A stretch of DNA of 64,000 bases from Antedon mediterranea. Taxonomy: Eukaryota; Animalia; Echinodermata. Where the stretch lies: NCBI RefSeq assembly GCF_964355755.1, contig NC_092675.1:5637812-5701811 (forward strand), read 5' to 3'. The position numbers and the translations under genes are program-made. Position 1 is the first letter of the stretch; the number at the start of each line of letters is the position of its first letter. Below are positions 15,101 through 26,735 of this stretch, one piece after another. The notes under the pieces were generated by a model. It ran no database searches. It saw nothing but the letters and a program-made list of their open reading frames with translations, and was not told the origin of the DNA.

Positions 15101-16901
15101 TTGGAAAATGGTGATGCAGTTTCATTTTTGGAATTATATGAAGGTGTACAGTATGGCGTGTCTATTTTATTTCCTGTCACCTGGCTTGCTTTTATCATTA
15201 AAAATACATGAATTTATAAATCGAACAACATTAACATTAACATAAATATTATTTTAAAATATTTATATAAAAAAATGTTACATAAAGAGGAAATACTGCT
15301 TTTTTGATGAAAGTAATAATTAGAAAAAGGATTATGTTTGAAAGAGTGTCATGATGTTGTCAACGGTTACACAAACCAGTTTTTAATGATGTCAGCATAT
15401 TAATGACAAATGTGTACGGTATATCACAAGGATGACTGGGTTATTATTAGGAAAAACAAGATAGAAAGAGGATACAACAGTACTATATAATATAATAATG
15501 ACAATATTTAGAAATCATAACAAATCTACAATTGCTGAAATTGCAAATATTTATTAAATAAATAAATAATTTATTTTAGTTGAGTGTTGTGTACATAATA
15601 AACAATTCTACAGGTGCAAATCTAAAGAATTGTTGATGTATTTAAAATAAACTTTCTTTTCTCTTATTGGTTAGATCACACCTGCTGTATTGGTATGGTA
15701 TATTCTTTAGGACTAAGTTACACCTTTTGTGTTGGTGGTGTACACAAGTGATACATCCCATTAGATATACCTGTAGAAAGAAACAAAATACAAACAAAAA
15801 AGGATGGGAATTAAAAGATTATTTCAACCGAGCAGACATCCTAGAATTTCTTTGAAATTGAAAGGGATTAAAAAAAACCTAGTCAATAGCCAATGTTCAG
15901 TTATACAATTTGTGAATAATAGAAATAATACTATATTATAAAAGAATATTTTTATTGGATTAGCCACTTTTGCTACCCATTTACAAAACGTTGATATTTT
16001 GATAGAAAGCTCAATAATATAGGGTCACATGGGGTCACCCTAGAATTGATATAGATTGACAGTATGAAGTCAATGAGTTGCACACACTTTTTAGAAAAAT
16101 GGTTGTCGTCTAAACTTTTTGCTTCTTGTGAAGAAATTCTGGGGATTGCTCAAGTAGGGCATTACTGTAGGTAAAATAAAGAGGTTTGTGTTTTGATTGG
16201 AAGGTTGCGATTGCAAAGGTGAATGGGCATAACACAAATGTGCACACTCTTGATGTCACATGGGTTCAATACAGTATTTATTGAATATGATGTGACCCAT
16301 AATCCGCCAATCAATTACAGAGAGCTGGGTATGTCGAATATGGGTTGGCAATATTATGTAATGTAAGGTAGAGCATTGCTTCTGTATAGACACAGATATT
16401 TTTTATGTCCATTGAAATGGTTCTGGTTTAAAATGGTTTTTGCTTTTATGTTGGTTGCAAAAGTTGCACCTTCAAACCCTTATGAATTGCTTAATATTTG
16501 AGGTATGCTAACTGGTTATTTATTAATTATCCTGTTTAGTTCATGCGTCTATTTATTTTTATTCTGTTCATGTGTCATGAACTGGGTTGTGTAATAATAT
16601 GCAATCTTTTATCTTTCCCTCAGGGTGTAAGCTCCTTCTTGTTAATAAAGAAAAGTTATTTATTGTAATCACAATAGTGTTAAGAATCTTTCACTACTAA
16701 ATCCACTTATTTCCACATTGGAATAAAGAAAATAAAATTCTAGTAACAAAAACGTTGTTAAATTGTAACTTCCGATATAAAGGCTTAAACCGTGGCTTTA
16801 CCGGTACTAATATTGTATGGGTCACGCGATTAATATCTCCTTAGTTTGTAGTGCTTTTGAATGCTTCAGATGTGGATAGTTTCTATGAAGAGAATGATTA
16901 A

Positions 16902-17527
16902 AGACCCCTTCCCTGCAATTTTGGACGTTTTTTGGAAAATAATACATATATATCACTTTAAAAACATTAAACCATGTCATTCCTTGTCTTAAATGTACGT
17001 TTTATGGTAAATTATGATAAAAAGTGAGAAACAATGCACTACCTAAGTAGCTCGCGGCGATCGACCTCTCGTGGACGGTCTCAGGCCTAGCCTAGCTAGG
17101 CTTAGTTTTGTAGGCCTAGCTGGTAAACATCGATAACGTACGAACATCGTACGCTAGCTATATACCTAGCCTGACGTTGTATAGTTGCTGCATTAATTGT
17201 CTTTCTATTTTTGCCAGACTCCGTTGATAAAAATTGGGGAAAACCTGGTATTTTCGCTGAAAAGTTAGGAGTCTTCCATTTGTTTTGGCTTCACGATCGA
17301 TCGAAAAGTGGGCGAATTACAGGTGAAAAACAAAAATATCAATCCGCGCGCAATGCATTTTGGGATTTATAGCGGGCCGCTATAATTATTAAAATCGATT
17401 TATTTTTCACATTTTTAACCGTTTAAAGACGAAAAAAGTTATCGCAATAGGACCATATAGTATTATTTTTACATTAAATATAGTTTGTGATCTTAAATTA
17501 GATCTAAAAAACGTAGGGAATGGGGCT
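16902..17527. mobile_element. Kolobok-like MITE, copy 2 (626 bp, TTAA TSD)
   Basis: TTAA|AGACCCCTTCCCT ... AGGGAATGGGGCT|TTAA. About ten differences from copy 1 by eye; same orientation. Confidence 0.9.
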
Positions 17528-20500
17528 TTAATGAAGCGTATCTAAACAAACAATATGCTATTCATAAGTCTGCATGGCTTGTGTCTTTAATTAGTCCTCA
17601 TTCAAATCTATACTGTGATTGACGATTCAAAAGAAAAACAAATTTGTGTAACCAGACATATACGTCAGACAAATGAAAATTTGGTTAAAATATTTGATGA
17701 ATGCAATGGCTACTTTAATTTAACTGAACATGGCCTTAACCGTAGTTTTGTCAATTCTTTTCTATTTAAAATATGATTTTACTTATTTTATCAATTTAGT
17801 CCGAAATATATATTGATTCTTTCAATTATCTTTCTTTCTTCTTCTTTGAAATAGAAGAATGATCATGTAGCTATAGTGTGTTATTAATAACATACAGCAA
17901 ATAGAATAAAAGAATAATATCAATGCAAATTCAAGATGACATTCCAAAGAGTCTAGAAATATGGAGACCTTTCATTAAATTATTAACAGCAGTATTAAAA
18001 GTACACTGATTCAAGGAGTGTATGTAGGGAGTGTGAAACAATTCTTCATCTTGCTACTGTATTATTATAGAAAGTACATCAACTGAGAGTGAGAGTGTTA
18101 TGCAGGGTGTGTGTAATTTGGTGCCATAGAAACATTCTTTGTTCTGCTATGTTCAAGATGCCGCCGCCGCCGTGTTGTCGTTCTTGGCACCTAGAAAATG
18201 TCTCTTTATCTGCGTAGACTCTTAAATTTCTCTAGATCCAAGCATGAAATTTCACCTTTTGCACTCGTTATCAATACACTGAGAAAGCCGACATCAAGCC
18301 CTTAGAAATAAGTGTCAGCTACTCAAGAAGTTAAGGTAGGGGTCATCACTGAGATCTTTAAAATGAGGACATCCTAAATATAAGCCTAGATGTAACATAG
18401 TGTGTTATGTTGATGGTTGATGCCTGATTGATGAATATCATGGCACTCTACATTCACATTTATGTATCCTTGCTTTAATCAGTTAAACAGATTGAAGAAC
18501 ATTTGGAAAGTGTAAACTTTAACTTATTGAATGTAATTGACCTTATTTTTAAAAATGATAATTATAAACTAACATATTTTGTTGAAAGGTCATTAACCAA
18601 CCATATTAAATTCAGTGCCTTTATACATTTGATGGTGAACATACTTTGAATCAAACAGATTGAATTCAGAATCAATTTGAAAACAAACATATTTCTTTTA
18701 ATAATAAGAAACATATATTTGCATTTTGATTATAGAATTTTACAATAGTAATATATGTGTAAAGTCATCATAATTTCTTTTTCCATCTGAAAAAAAAATA
18801 TTTATAAACGATTACTCACACATTATGTATTAAGAAAGTTTTTGTTTTTGGAGGCCAAAATACTTTCGTTGGACAACAAATGTTGATATGATAATCTTTT
18901 TATCGTTGCATCATTAATGTCAAATGAGCGTCTTGAATGACAAGAACACTGAATATATATATTATATATTTATTCAGAAAGAAGAATGATGATTAGAGTG
19001 GAGTGAACAAAATCAACTCCACTCCTGAATAGTCTCTATCATTTGATAATGTATAGTATAGTGACTTAATTTACCTGTATTTAACCTTTAAAAAAGTTTG
19101 TCTAAAGTATAGACAAAAATATATAATATATGTATAAGAAAATAATAACCACGACAAAGTAAGTGATTTTAATTTTAAAGTAAGATCATGTTAAATTGTT
19201 ACATTAATACTAATAATAATTGTACAAATTGATAAATATTAATTAGGGACAGGTCACTAAAACCATTTATACAGATGAATATTATTTGATTAGGTTAGGG
19301 TTCGAAATATGGGACTATCCTAATTTATATTAGTTCATATTGCAGTATTCTGTGCTGAGGAGATCCTACTATTACACATGGCACACTAACATATTAATAT
19401 CTACAAGATGCTACTGTATTATGCTGCTGAGGCCTGCTAGTATGCTTCTTTCTGTACTTCATTTCACTTTTTTTTACCACCTCTTTGGGCTCATCTTCGG
19501 TTTTATTGATTTCAACACTGACTTATTAGACAATGTTGAATGATATTAGGATCACACTGATTTAACGAGGATGTTTTTAGTGTCCATTGGTATGTGGGCA
19601 CAATCACCTGGCCAAAGGTCATAAAATGCCTGATCTTAATTTTCAATACATATTAGTATTGAACTAAATTTTTAACAAAGGTCATCCAACATCTTTTCAT
19701 TTCTAGTTACTGGTGGATTCTAAAGAGCTCTAGAGGCTTTCTTTAATGTCTTTCAGCAACTCTTAAGTAAGAATTTAAGGAAGGTAACACCGAATATAGT
19801 GTCCTTGTTCACCGCTGCCTTATTCAAATTTATTTATTCATCTTTGTTTTAAAGTTACAAATTCAGGTATTGCAGACATCTCGGGAGATTTGTGTAAAAT
19901 TGAGCGAAGTCATGAACTTGGAAGGAAGTTGGATTTCTTGTTTTATTCCCTCGTTTGTTTGCCTGTAGGTTTCATTGTAGGTAGATTGTTCAGGTCAAAG
20001 GTTAATTATTAATATATATGTTCATTTTTAGTCTGTGTTATGACTCTTCTATAATGTGCTGTCATAGATTGCTGAAAGTCTGATGATGCAGTTTGTGGAA
20101 AACAATAATATTTTGAGTTTAATATCAAATAAAAATTTTGAAAACTAAAATTAAAAACTAATGACGCAGAGGAATTGATTAACTAATCTAATTTTAAAGT
20201 ATTTGTCAATACTTCGGAGAATTGGTAGTAAACAGTCAACAACGCAATACTTGTTTGTCTTCACTCTGCTAGTTGACCACACGAGATGGTACCGTAGTTC
20301 GATGTGCTGACACATATAGACACATCCAATTTCTTTGTTCTTTAGAGTCATTAAGTACTTCAAGACCAGAATATTTCGCCCACCCAAAAATTAGTTCAGT
20401 ATGTCACTTCTTGCTTCGATACCAAATGTATTTTAAGTTTTAATGCGTCTTTAATGACGTAATTAATGTATTTTTATTATTAAGATTATACTACTCTACA

Positions 20501-21953
20501 ATTATATCAAGCTCCTAGATAATCCTTGCTATCCTGTGTAACATTTTTTAGGCTGTGACTTGAGAAGTTTCCTCACTATATTTTATTATCTTACACAATT
20601 TCATTTCCTGTTTCTGTACTTGAGTATATTCATAAGTTTTATGAACTGTATTGCCACCCAATTTGGGAAAATTATATTTATATACTTGAACCTAAAACTT
20701 CTTTTGTAAAAGAATTAATCATGACTGCCTTTAAATGTGTGTAATGACAATTTTCATAAAAACATGTTCACTTAAATGTTGTAACTATAAAATTAAAGAA
20801 GAAAACCATTGTGTTCTTTGCTAGTCTTTGCTTGGTTTTATTTCTTATAGAGGAAATGAAGATATTTTTAAAGCAATATATCATTTTAGAATTGCAAACA
20901 AGCATGATGATGAAACCATATCAAATTATTTGATCAATGTAAACAAAAAATTACAATAAAGGTAGTCATCCTGAATAATAAAGAAACAGTAATCACTTGT
21001 TAGATATGATATGAAAGATATAATATTTGTTATTGTATTTTGATAATAATTGGCAGAAATGATGTAGCATTCACATGCTGCCCCAATGTTGTCATGGTCC
21101 AATTCTCACATTAATATCATTTGCAATCGTGAATGAAATTGTACTACAAAACACCCCCAGAAAGATCAAATTAATGTTGCCGTTTATTGTTTACAAACAA
21201 GAAGGTTGGATATTAATTTTTAGGCCTATATTTAATATTGATTCACCATTATCTTGTTTATGATTGGATTATCAATTAGGTTATCAGACTTAAGATAATC
21301 AATGGAGTCACACATTAGGTGAACATGTGTAATATATTACATTTTTCACATATAAAAACTACTGCTTCAGTTTCAGTTGCAAACGAATGATGTGAATTTT
21401 GTTAAGCCTTTTTAGTATAACTAAGAATTATTCGTTATTGTTTAATAATTAAACAATATTGTTGTCGTATGTGGACTTCTATGCTACTCTGTTACGACTG
21501 AGTTAAAAATGCTTTTCTAATTGCAATTCACATCTGGTGTGAATACAGCCTTAATCATGTTTTACTCAGGAACTACCGTTCCCACCAGATAAAACATGTT
21601 ATCTGCCACACCGAATTTTCACAAACAAAAAGATTTTGCACAAACAAGTTGTGTGGTTGTGTCTGAAGCCATAGGTTCTGGATACAGTTTGTTGAAGCCA
21701 AAAAAGAAGGTCAATATAACTGGTACTAATTATTACTGTCACTATACTGTAACAGTGAATGCTTTGATACACATGTGTGGATGATGTGTGCACTGATGAC
21801 CATATGTATAATTATGCTTGCACGTTTGCATATTAAGAAATAAAAATTCAAAAGTGTTTGCTCCTAGCATTTGGACATGGACAAATTAAATGAAAGGATA
21901 TTAAAATGTTTCTTTCTGTTGGTATAAAACAGCATGCTCTATGTATAATAACA

Positions 21954-22233
21954 TGTAGTAGAACTCCTCCTTTGGGACACCTATTAAAGGGACACTTTGG
22001 GACACCTATTAAAGGGACACTTTGGGACACCTATTAAAGGGACACTTTGGGACACCTATTAAAGGGACACTTTGGGACACCTATTAAAGGGACACTTTCC
22101 TGTGAAATGATAAAGGGACACTTTGGGACACCTATTAAAGGGACACTTTCCTGTGAAATGATCAAGGGGAAATGTTTTAATAATATGGCCAACCCCTATT
22201 CAGAGGGTGTTGCTTAATATGAGTTTTAATGTA
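21954..22233. repeat. 25-bp minisatellite (GGGACACCTATTAAAGGGACACTTT)x~6 inside a probable Tc1/mariner-type MITE relic
   Basis: Exact units start at 21974, 21999, 22024, 22049, 22074 and 22125. The flanks AGTAGAACTCCTC and GAGTTTTAATGTA look like decayed MITE ends. Confidence 0.85.
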
Positions 22234-22486
22234 TGTTAATTACAATCAAGACTGTAGTAGGTATTTCACAGTGTTGTGAGACCTGTATTCTCTTGAAACA
22301 ATTAATATGTGCTAGATATGAAACTATTGTACAATAACCAGAGTTCAAATGAAGGTTTCAAACTGCTTGAGAATTTCTATACATTAATGTCAGGAGTGTA
22401 TCTTCCTATTCTGCTGTTTCCAATAACTGATAATTATGTAGTGTATTTATCAGGTGAATGACCGACAATCTTCTAAATCCACTGAC

Positions 22487-22519
22487 TGAAAACATCCACT
22501 GACTGAAAACATCCACTGA
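22487..22519. repeat. 17-bp tandem duplication ATCCACTGACTGAAAAC
   Basis: About 2.5 adjacent copies; the array begins near 22478. Confidence 0.8.
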
Positions 22520-24350
22520 TGCATTGTTTATTTACAGTTTTTTAAACAAAAAATATTATAGTTTAAAAATTATTAATATTAATGTTTACGAATACAAGGC
22601 ACTTTTCAATACGCGTGCTGAAAAAAGAATTTTAATATTTCCAAAAAGAGATGTTGAAGCAAAAATAAAAACTGAAACTCAACTTCTTGGAAAAAAACAT
22701 TTAAAAAAATCAGGTAATTCTTTTCAGGGTTCCAAATATCCTAAATTCGTTAAATTTTAAGATAAGTTTATTTAAAAAACACATTTAAATGTAGTTCAAT
22801 AACATTGTGTTATTAAAAGTTTTTTGTTGGTTTTGAAATTGAACAAGACAAAAATACTACATGTTACATCATTCATAAATCAGGTCATAGATGGACTGTT
22901 AAATTTGCTATATGATTATTTAATTTCCTGTCTGTGATTGAAATAAATGATAAATAGACCAAAGTCATCCATATCTATAAAAACAATTATAACAAAAATT
23001 CATGAAATTATGATGATGATTTACTGCGTTTTTCTTTAAAATTAATAATGCAATTTATAAAATATAGAAACAACAATATCAGTTAATGGCAGAATACCTT
23101 TAGTTAAAATAATATTTTTCCACTTTGATAACATTTACTTTTTCAATTTTCTAGGCCAAATCTTCTTTCAAAAGAGTGAGCCTTGAACTAATAATTTTAA
23201 TGTCTAACTAGATTTTTTCAAGTGACAGTTATGGCGCGCCAAATCTGTATTTAGTTACGTGTCCTTCACGAACTGCAAATCACAATAATTTGAATGCTCA
23301 AAAATGATATTTACAAATTGTGTGAGCATAATAATGCATATTGAGCATATTATTGTCTTGGCTTTATATTGAGAAGTCAGATTGGCCAGATATAATACGA
23401 TTCAATTATAAATTTGGGTTTGCCAGTTTAGCATGATAACTTGGATTGCTAATATTTTGTTCAATGAATCCAAAGATTTTATAGATTATTAAACTATTTA
23501 GTTTAATTTTATTTATCTTAACTGTCAATATGTCTTACTTATGGAACACAACCTGTGCATAGCATGTTTTTCGAAAAAACCAGATCCGGAATTTAACTTA
23601 AAATATAGAAATAATATTTGCTTGAATTCATTAACAGCTGTCAATCAATGTGTTTCCATCAGAGATGCATACAAAAGTATAAATTTCAAAGAAATTATGC
23701 ATAAGGATGGTGCTTTATAAATGTTATGTATGATTTTACATTCATTTATTCGTAATGTTGATTAGATCCATGCCTTTGCACTTTTGCTGCTGCAGTGTGG
23801 TGACCATCAAGTTGTCCAAACTGTTTATAACATGGTTCCGCTGCAGGCTAGTATATTCTGTCAGCAAATCCCATCCACCCATCACTTGCTATAGATCATA
23901 GGAAACGATACCATGTGTCATTGATTTTGGTACATAGTCAAACTCTATCTTCCTCTAGGGATTTTGTATATACTCATCCACACTTATGTCAGCGTACTTC
24001 ATTTATGGACAAAATATTAATCATGGATATCCAACGAGTTGTTATGAAATCCTTATATGATATGTTAGTAGATTCTGTTTACAGATTTGTCTTTCAATTC
24101 AATTATTTCAAAGTTTCTAATAAAGTAAAAGAAATTACTTCATGACGCATCACAGAATTTTTCAGGCATGCTCACATAGTGTGCAGCCGACCATTCATGG
24201 ATGGGAAAGTTTTAAAGTTAGTTAAAATATGCATAAAAATGACATAATTTGTTATTTCGGATGCTAATAATAAACATGTATACGTAAACAACAAAGGATT
24301 TGAACCAGAACTCCAACCATTTTGTCATTCTACTGCTGGTCATTTCCAAT

Positions 24351-24665
24351 GTGGGTGAGTGGCCGAGCGGTTAAGACAGTGGAACCGTAATTACGTAGCC
24401 ATAACATCGGCAGGGGTTCGAGGCTCACTCACTCTATGGTTCTGGTGGTAGAACGAGTCTTCTCGGATAAGGACTATAAACCGTAGGTCCAGTGTACACA
24501 TCTAGCTCGTGTGCACTTTAAAGAACCTAGTACATCTTTCGAGACGAGTAGGGGGTTACCCCGGTGTATTAGTACATCACAGCCACTGATCACCAACTGG
24601 GCCCTCTGGGAGACCAGTCTTTGACTGAAGAGGTTACCCAGTATAAATATATATTTCAATCAAAA
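24351..24665 (+). mobile_element. Full-length tRNA-derived SINE with Deu (Nin) central domain
   Basis: A box TGGCCGAGCGG (24360) and B box GGTTCGAGGC (about 24415). The ends of the head pair (GTGGGTGAG/CTCACTCAC). The body GTCTTCTCGGATAAGGACTATAAACCGTAGGTCC..TTAAAGAACC..GAGTAGGGGGTTACCCCGGTGT resembles the DeuSINE domain, followed by a TTCAATCAA tail. Confidence 0.85.
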
Positions 24666-25224
24666 CCATTTGTATGTCATCATATAAGAAGTTTACTTCC
24701 CTCTGACAATTCTAGTCTTGTTGCACTGTCATTCTTTTCTGTACCTGTACATACATTAACCAGATACTTGAAAATAGGCTAATCATAATTAAATGCGAAC
24801 ACAATGTCAATGTATTGTCAGTGTATAGCATATAGTACGCAAATGTATGGTTAAAATCTATTGTGAACATAAACAGATACCCAGAGACCCATTCTCATTA
24901 CAATAGACACATGTTTAAAAAACGCACTTAATTAGAATTTTATGCATGCTGATTGTCAACTATAATATTGTAATTTGATTATTATTGGGAATATTCATTT
25001 GGTATAAATTATTTTTTGGTTGGGTGATAATTTTTTTTTTTTGTGAATTACTTTCATGCAGTACCATATTGCTTTTCTTTTTTCTTTATTAATGTGTACA
25101 CGCTGAAGCCTACAAATATCATCAAATGTCTATAATGTTAATTGAGTCATAAATTATTATTTTATTCACAAATTCTATCTGCAGCAAGCGAAGAGATAAC
25201 TAGAGCAGAGGCTATGTTTAATCG

Positions 25225-25238
25225 GTTGCTATGGTAAC
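25225..25238. promoter_or_regulatory. RFX X-box motif
   Basis: GTTGCTATGGTAAC fits the palindromic RFX consensus GTTRCYATGGYAAC. Function not shown. Confidence 0.4.
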
Positions 25239-26157
25239 CTTTATTGTTAAATTGGATGACTACATTAATGGCCATGTTGTATGAATTCTGACCCATAATT
25301 TCTAAATGACATTGTGTTGTTTGTAAAAATATTCCTAATGAAAAATTTGCATCTTATAATGATAAATTGACCTTTCAAAATTGGATATAATTTTCTCATC
25401 AAAAATAGGCCTTTTATGATGGTTTTACCCTAATGCTAATAAAAAAAACAAATTCTATATTAGATATGTTATCATATCCAACAAGTTTCTGTAAGATATT
25501 ATCCCATTAATGTCTAATTTAAGTTTATTTTTTTTCTCTTTCACTTTGTCCATATCCCACCCTTTTCCCAATTCAACACACAAGCGTGTAACCTCTTAAT
25601 TTGTTATAATTTGGGTTACAATGCCTTATTTTTATTTAAAAATTGTTGATTTCCATAAGTCTGGCAGCTTTGATCGACTTCCTAAAGGTATAAAACAAAC
25701 ATATGTACAATTTGCAAACCATTTCCTTTTCTTTAATTTTGTTTCATTTTATACAAGAAAATTAATTATGTTTTCACCAGGTTTCAATTAGATTAGTCCA
25801 AAGAGTTCCATAACTGAAACAAAAAAGAACATTTTTGACACAAACAAACAAAAAATCATCAAATTCAAGACTCTATGAATATTGTTTTCCTTTGGTTTTA
25901 TTCAATGATGGTAAAACATTTATTTTAAAAGAAATACATGATTTTTTACAATAGAACCCTTCTTCCCTTTGTGACTAAACGCAAAGAAAATAAATTCCAA
26001 ATGGTTTTAATTCAATCAATGATGAAAATTACTACTTGGCCTACTAGTAAAGTAAATGATGATGTTAATAATGATGTTTATTATCTATTCTTTATCATTG
26101 TGTTTTACTCTAATCAAATTGGTTATAGTAAAACACAGTGCTAAATTGCTATGTAAA

Positions 26158-26332
26158 TGTAGTCTATTACGTGCCTGCTTACCTGGATAAACCCGACAAT
26201 AGCCCTTTTCCACGAAGTGCGAAACAAATACGAAAAGAAGAATTCTACCCGAATTCACCTCATAAAGAATGGTACATTCCGCTCTAGCGCCCTCTCGTGG
26301 GACCACTCCCACGTGTTACCGTCATCATTTCT
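26158..26332 (+). repeat. DIRS left ITR
   Basis: 26175-26332 is the exact reverse complement of 29971-30128 (158 bp, no mismatch seen). 26158-26204 is complementary to ICR 29839-29885. Confidence 0.95.
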
Positions 26333-26735
26333 TTTCGTACTGTCACGAAGACAAGACGAAGTTTGAGCGTTGCAACACGTCACAAACGAGGGAGAAATAC
26401 AACCTTATCTGAAGCTAGCCGAGGCTAAGTTGACCTATTGATATACTATTTATATCTATTAGTATACATTGATTATTGATACGTTGGAAACCGTTGCCCT
26501 GTTTGGTTAATCTAACAGGGCAAAAATACCGTTAGACTAGAGAACTAGTTGTTGGATACGTTGCAAATCGTTGCCTCGTCTACGCACGAGGCAAAAATTT
26601 TTTCACATACCGGGACTGTTCACCGGCTTTGTGTAGTATTTATTAGAATCAGTCAGGCGTATCCACTGTTGCATAGTACGTTAGATACTCTGTTAGGGTG
26701 TGTTTGTGTGCTTTGTTTAGGCGTTCTTCGTCATC

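Noticed and set aside
21974-22165. CRISPR-like regular repeat
   Set aside because: The units are directly adjacent with no unique spacers, there are no cas genes, and the context is eukaryotic.
24351-24432. tRNA gene
   Set aside because: A/B boxes are present but there is no clean anticodon arm. It continues into a Deu-domain body and tail, so it is a SINE head.
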